NCBI GenBank assembly: GCA_027451365.1
Contig: DAIDJN010000040.1
Span: 32,001-96,000 of the forward strand
Reading direction: 5' to 3'
DNA: 64,000 bases
Source: Phycisphaerales bacterium
GTDB taxonomy: Bacteria; Planctomycetota; Phycisphaerae; WQYP01
The position numbers were made by a program, and so were the translations under genes. How positions within the stretch are numbered: the stretch's first letter is position 1; the number at the start of each line of letters is the position of its first letter. Below are positions 60,121 to 64,000 of the stretch, one piece after another. Under the pieces are notes generated by a model. The model saw only the letters and a program-made list of their open reading frames with translations. It ran no database searches and was not told the origin of the DNA.

Positions 60121-61107
60121 TCAGGCTTCAGTCGTCAGTTTCTCCACCAGGCGACGGCCCAGACGCTGGAATTCCCCGGCTCCGTGAAAGCTTATGCGCT
60201 TATAAACCCGCTGAAACAGCGGTGCCGAAATATCACCTTCTACTTGCAACCAGGGGTTGGCGGCAAGAAACGCCGGAAATTCAATTTCATAACGCGCGTA
60301 AAGCGCTGACCATCGATTCTGAAAGGCAGTTTCACTGATCGCGTCATCGGAGCGATCGTGCAACAATCCATACACATCGGCGATGAGCGGAAAATCCTTC
60401 GTCATGCGGGCCAAATCGCCTGGCGCTGTGATCGCATGGGCCAGTGAACGGTCCAGAAAATGTGTTTCGTAAAAGTGCATCTCCCTTTCCATCACTTGCG
60501 ATTCCAAATGGAATCTGGCGGCAACCCGCTGCAATTGTTTTCGCGGATCTGCCAGCAAATTTTCATAGCTGACCGTCACATTTGGACGATTGAGCGTATC
60601 CTGCACGCTCCGCACGGTGCATTCCAGCCACAGAGCCATTCCTGTGATATGCTTAAGCCCCGATGAGGCGCAAAGCGAATCGGCCACGGCGGCTGGATTC
60701 CGCAAGGCAACCAGATAGTTATCCTGGCAGGATATTTCGGCAAATAACGCCTGCCAGAAAAATAATAAGCGGTTCATTCGCGGATCTTTCATCGCCCATA
60801 ATTTGCGGTTGGCGAAGCGCTGGCCAAGGATATTTTTTGCATCTCGGTGGATACGTCCATATTCCGCTGACGATTCAACCCGTGCCCGGGAAAACCCCGG
60901 CCAGCCCAGATGCCTGTCGGCCAGTTTCAGAAGCTTGGTGTTAATGTGCTGAATTGCGGTGTCTTCCCAGAAGCCACGCGGATTATTGGCATTTGGGGGC
61001 ACCATTTCATCGCCCAAGTCGATACCGAATACCGGAAGCAGGCGGGTTAATGCGCTTGTGCCACTGCGCGGCGAACCTAGCACCACGAAAGCAACTTTTT
61101 TTTCCAT
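60121..61107 (-). CDS. Sulfotransferase-family protein
   Basis: VVLGSPRSGTS (PAPS loop), NPRGFWED, KDPR, RNP.AVA.SL, SYENLLADP. Confidence 0.85.
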   Translation of the reverse strand: MEKKVAFVVLGSPRSGTSALTRLLPVFGIDLGDEMVPPNANNPRGFWEDTAIQHINTKLLKLADRHLGWPGFSRARVESSAEYGRIHRDAKNILGQRFANRKLWAMKDPRMNRLLFFWQALFAEISCQDNYLVALRNPAAVADSLCASSGLKHITGMALWLECTVRSVQDTLNRPNVTVSYENLLADPRKQLQRVAARFHLESQVMEREMHFYETHFLDRSLAHAITAPGDLARMTKDFPLIADVYGLLHDRSDDAISETAFQNRWSALYARYEIEFPAFLAANPWLQVEGDISAPLFQRVYKRISFHGAGEFQRLGRRLVEKLTTEA

Positions 61108-61357
61108 AACCTTCCGGCTCCCGCATATGTCCGACAATTTGCCGTTTTTGTCGGCACGCTGCCACAATTTGCTCGTAAGCCGCGCCTTGGGCGCTCCGGT
61201 TGCCCATCACTCCATCGTCCAGCCAAACGCAGAGAGTTCAAATTCGTTGCAATTACGTCCAGTTTTAAGGTTATCGGGCGGGAAATACCCCGGGCGCGGG
61301 ACCGACCCGATGGGGCAATTCCCTGGTTCGCATACCGGACTGGTTACGCGATTTGCG

Positions 61358-63424
61358 TCACACGCCGACGGGCTGTTTCAGGGGGGCTTTTTCATGGGGC
61401 CATGCCGGTGCTTTGCCCAGCACGTCTTCCCAGCAGCATCGCAATACCTCTGCCACAGACCAAGCCTGAGCAATACAGCCACGTGGCTGGTGCGGTGCGT
61501 CGCCATCGGCAATTTCGCTTATTGAACCAATCCCCGCCATCAGCAAGTGGGATTCAAACGGCTGTATAAAGCCATACGCCTTTTGACGGGCTGCCGCCGA
61601 TCCGCCATTGGCCCGTACATACGCCGACACAAACGGGCCGATCAGCCACGGCCAGGCGGTGCCCTGATGATAGGCATGGTCCCGGCTGTTCTGATCGCCG
61701 CAATAGTGGCCGATATATCGGGCCGAACCGGGTGCCAGCGTCCGCAGCCCCATTGGTGTTAAAAGGTCGCGCTGCACCACGTTGACCACGGCGGCGGCCT
61801 TGTCCGTCGGCAACATGCCAAACGGCAGGCTGGCGGCGATAATCTGATTCGGGCGAATGGAGTCATCTGGTGTGCCATCGGGTGAAATGACATCAAACAG
61901 GCAATTGCGGGCCGGGTTCCAGAATGTTTTAACAAAATTTGCGGCACAAAGCTGTGCTGTGGCGGCAAATGAATCGGCACGCGCGTTGTCTGCGGCGGAA
62001 CGGGCTATAAATTCCATTACTTTTAAGGCATTGAACCAGAGGGCTGAAATTTCCACCGGCTTGCCATACCGCGGCGTGACCACTTCGCCGCCAATTTTTG
62101 CATCCATCCAAGTCAGTTGCACGCCGGGTTCGCCGGCACAAATCAGGCCGTCAACGTCCATATGAATGCCGAAATGGGTTCCGGTGCGGTATTTGTCCAG
62201 AATCTGGCAAAGGGGCGCGTAAAGGTAATCCCGCAGAAGGGCGCCATCTCCGGTGTAACGCCAGTATTGATACGCGGCCTGCACAAACCAGAGTGACGCA
62301 TCCACTGTATTGTAATCCGGCTGGTCGCTTTCATCGGGGAAGCGGTTGGGCGTGAGTCCATCGCGAATATGATCCGCAAATGTAACCAGCACGCCGCGCG
62401 CCGCGGCCTGGCTGCCCGTCACCAGCGCGATGCCTGGCAGACTGATAAACGTGTCACGTCCCCAGTCTTCAAACCACGGATACCCGGCGATGATCGACAT
62501 TTTATTTGGATTCGCCTTGTCCGCACTTCGTGTAACCAGGAATTGTTCAGCGGCTGTGCTTAGTTTGGCCAGCAGATCCGTCATTTCGCCTGCGTTGCCC
62601 AGCCGGGAGCCAAGTTGTTCATGACGCCGCCGACACCCGTCAATCAACCGCTGCTGTTCGGTAATAGCGACAGGATGCGTGGCGGCAATCAGCACAGCCG
62701 GACGACCGATTTTAAGTGTGAATTCCAAGGCGCCGGGGGTCCACAAGTCGTCCATATCCGGGTAGCCGCGGGCACGTTCCTCGCGCAGCACGAAATTGTA
62801 CCACCAGCATTGGCCTTCACTGAAATGATCGGCATTGTGGCTGATAAAAACCTTCAGCGGACATTGCGGTGCCGAAAGCAGCAGCGCTTCGTGGGCACCG
62901 GCACCGGTGTCCACGCTCCAGCCGGCGCGGTTGGAAGCCGTGGTGGTGGCATGAAAATGCCGGCCGGCCATCATCGGTTGAACGTGGAGCAGAACCTCGG
63001 CCTTTCCGGCGGTGCCCTGAACGAGGTCGTAACGAACGATGACGACATCCTTGCCGTGCGGCATGAAAATGGATTTTTCCACGATGGCATCGCCGCAGGC
63101 ATATCGCCAGACCGGCCCGGCCCCGACTTCGCAGGAAATGAGGTTCTGGTAGCCGGCTGGATCCATCAGATCGGGAAATTCATTGGTGGAGAGCGGGTAG
63201 CTTTTCTGGCCGATCCAGACGCGGTCTTCCACACGTGAAACCAGCACAATACGATCGACCGGCGGCCGGTTGGGGGCCACGAGATATCCATGGTATTTAC
63301 GCGTATTGACACCCGCAATTGTGCCCGACGCGTAGGCACCGCGCCCATTGGTGCAGAGCCATTCACGGGTAATGGACGCGTCCAGATTACGACATGTTTT
63401 TTGATCAATACTGATTGGATTCAT
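61358..63424 (-). CDS. Glycogen debranching enzyme (amylo-alpha-1,6-glucosidase, GDE_N + GDE_C)
   Basis: REWL.TNG.G.YASGT, IAGYPWF.DWGRDT, YNTVDA.LW, TWMDA, RPNQ, YHQGT.WPWL, QAWSVAE. Confidence 0.93.
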   Translation of the reverse strand: MNPISIDQKTCRNLDASITREWLCTNGRGAYASGTIAGVNTRKYHGYLVAPNRPPVDRIVLVSRVEDRVWIGQKSYPLSTNEFPDLMDPAGYQNLISCEVGAGPVWRYACGDAIVEKSIFMPHGKDVVIVRYDLVQGTAGKAEVLLHVQPMMAGRHFHATTTASNRAGWSVDTGAGAHEALLLSAPQCPLKVFISHNADHFSEGQCWWYNFVLREERARGYPDMDDLWTPGALEFTLKIGRPAVLIAATHPVAITEQQRLIDGCRRRHEQLGSRLGNAGEMTDLLAKLSTAAEQFLVTRSADKANPNKMSIIAGYPWFEDWGRDTFISLPGIALVTGSQAAARGVLVTFADHIRDGLTPNRFPDESDQPDYNTVDASLWFVQAAYQYWRYTGDGALLRDYLYAPLCQILDKYRTGTHFGIHMDVDGLICAGEPGVQLTWMDAKIGGEVVTPRYGKPVEISALWFNALKVMEFIARSAADNARADSFAATAQLCAANFVKTFWNPARNCLFDVISPDGTPDDSIRPNQIIAASLPFGMLPTDKAAAVVNVVQRDLLTPMGLRTLAPGSARYIGHYCGDQNSRDHAYHQGTAWPWLIGPFVSAYVRANGGSAAARQKAYGFIQPFESHLLMAGIGSISEIADGDAPHQPRGCIAQAWSVAEVLRCCWEDVLGKAPAWPHEKAPLKQPVGV

Positions 63425-63462
63425 GGTCAACGGTTCCTTGTTATCGCGCTGTATCGGGTCGG

Positions 63463-64000
63463 TCAGGCGCTTAACCAGGCGGCCAGCAGGTCGCGTGTTG
63501 CGTGCAGATCGTCCTTGTGGGTCATTTCCGTGACGGTGTGAATGTATCGCGTGGGAATACTGAGTGTAATGGTTTTCATGCCCGCGCCGCTGCGCTGCAT
63601 GGCGCCGGCGTCGGTGCCGCCCATGGGCAAAATTTCAAGCTGGTACTTTATTTTTTCATCGCGCGCAACTTTCACGAACTGATCCACAAGTCCATGATCG
63701 CTGATTGACGCGCCATCCATGACTTTAATTCCGACGCCTTCGCCGGCGCGGGTAACCGCCTGGTCGTCCGGTATGCCGGGTGTATCGCAAGCCAAGGTGG
63801 TATCCAGGGCGATGGAAATGTCCGGCTCCAGGCCAAAAGTGGCCGGCCCGGCACCGCGCAGACCGACTTCTTCCTGCACGGTAAATGCAACGGCGATTTG
63901 ATAGCGAGATTTCTTCACCCGCTGCATGGCCCGCACGGCGGCCCAGACGGCCGCACGGTTATCCATTGCCTGCCCGCACACAAAATCGCCTATCTGGCTG
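63463..64000 (-). CDS. M42-family aminopeptidase (5' part outside window)
   Basis: AMDNR, TVQEEVGLRGA, GGTDAG, RYIHT. Confidence 0.92.
   Translation of the reverse strand, partial: SQIGDFVCGQAMDNRAAVWAAVRAMQRVKKSRYQIAVAFTVQEEVGLRGAGPATFGLEPDISIALDTTLACDTPGIPDDQAVTRAGEGVGIKVMDGASISDHGLVDQFVKVARDEKIKYQLEILPMGGTDAGAMQRSGAGMKTITLSIPTRYIHTVTEMTHKDDLHATRDLLAAWLSA

Noticed and set aside
1..64000. rRNA, tRNA, prophage, defence island or alternative genetic code
   Set aside because: No such signatures seen, and conserved genes translate full-length with code 11

Overview
64 kb of core-type chromosome from a moderately GC-rich bacterium. It is most likely a planctomycete of the Phycisphaerae type, inferred from a prepilin/H-X9-DG protein, a prenyltransferase-repeat + NPCBM pair, a very long LptD-like protein and an insertion-bearing CarB. 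About 44 genes, mostly housekeeping: dacB, gcvT/H, nrdJ, dcd, mutY, dnaE, carB, purB, mnmA, accD, argD, folP, lptD, xseA, an ABC-F protein, a glycogen debranching enzyme and an M42 peptidase. I found no rRNA, tRNA, CRISPR array, prophage or intact IS, and no convincing large novel multi-gene system. The most informative signal the gene list does not explain is the AT-rich dcd/mutY divergent spacer (~19.9-20.1 kb). It holds four NrdR-box-like sites in two pairs (31 and 32 bp apart), a perfect DnaA box between the pairs, and a sigma70-like promoter whose spacer is one of the boxes, pointing into dcd-nrdJ. A long dcd-nrdJ leader carries a terminator-like hairpin. Other candidates: a methyltransferase + standalone condensation-domain + ComF operon, a pilin-like protein with an inserted beta-solenoid-like domain, an internally deleted RAYT/Y1 transposase and an IS66 tnpA-like relic. 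All family calls come from motif recognition by eye, with no database search, and several start codons are my best guesses.
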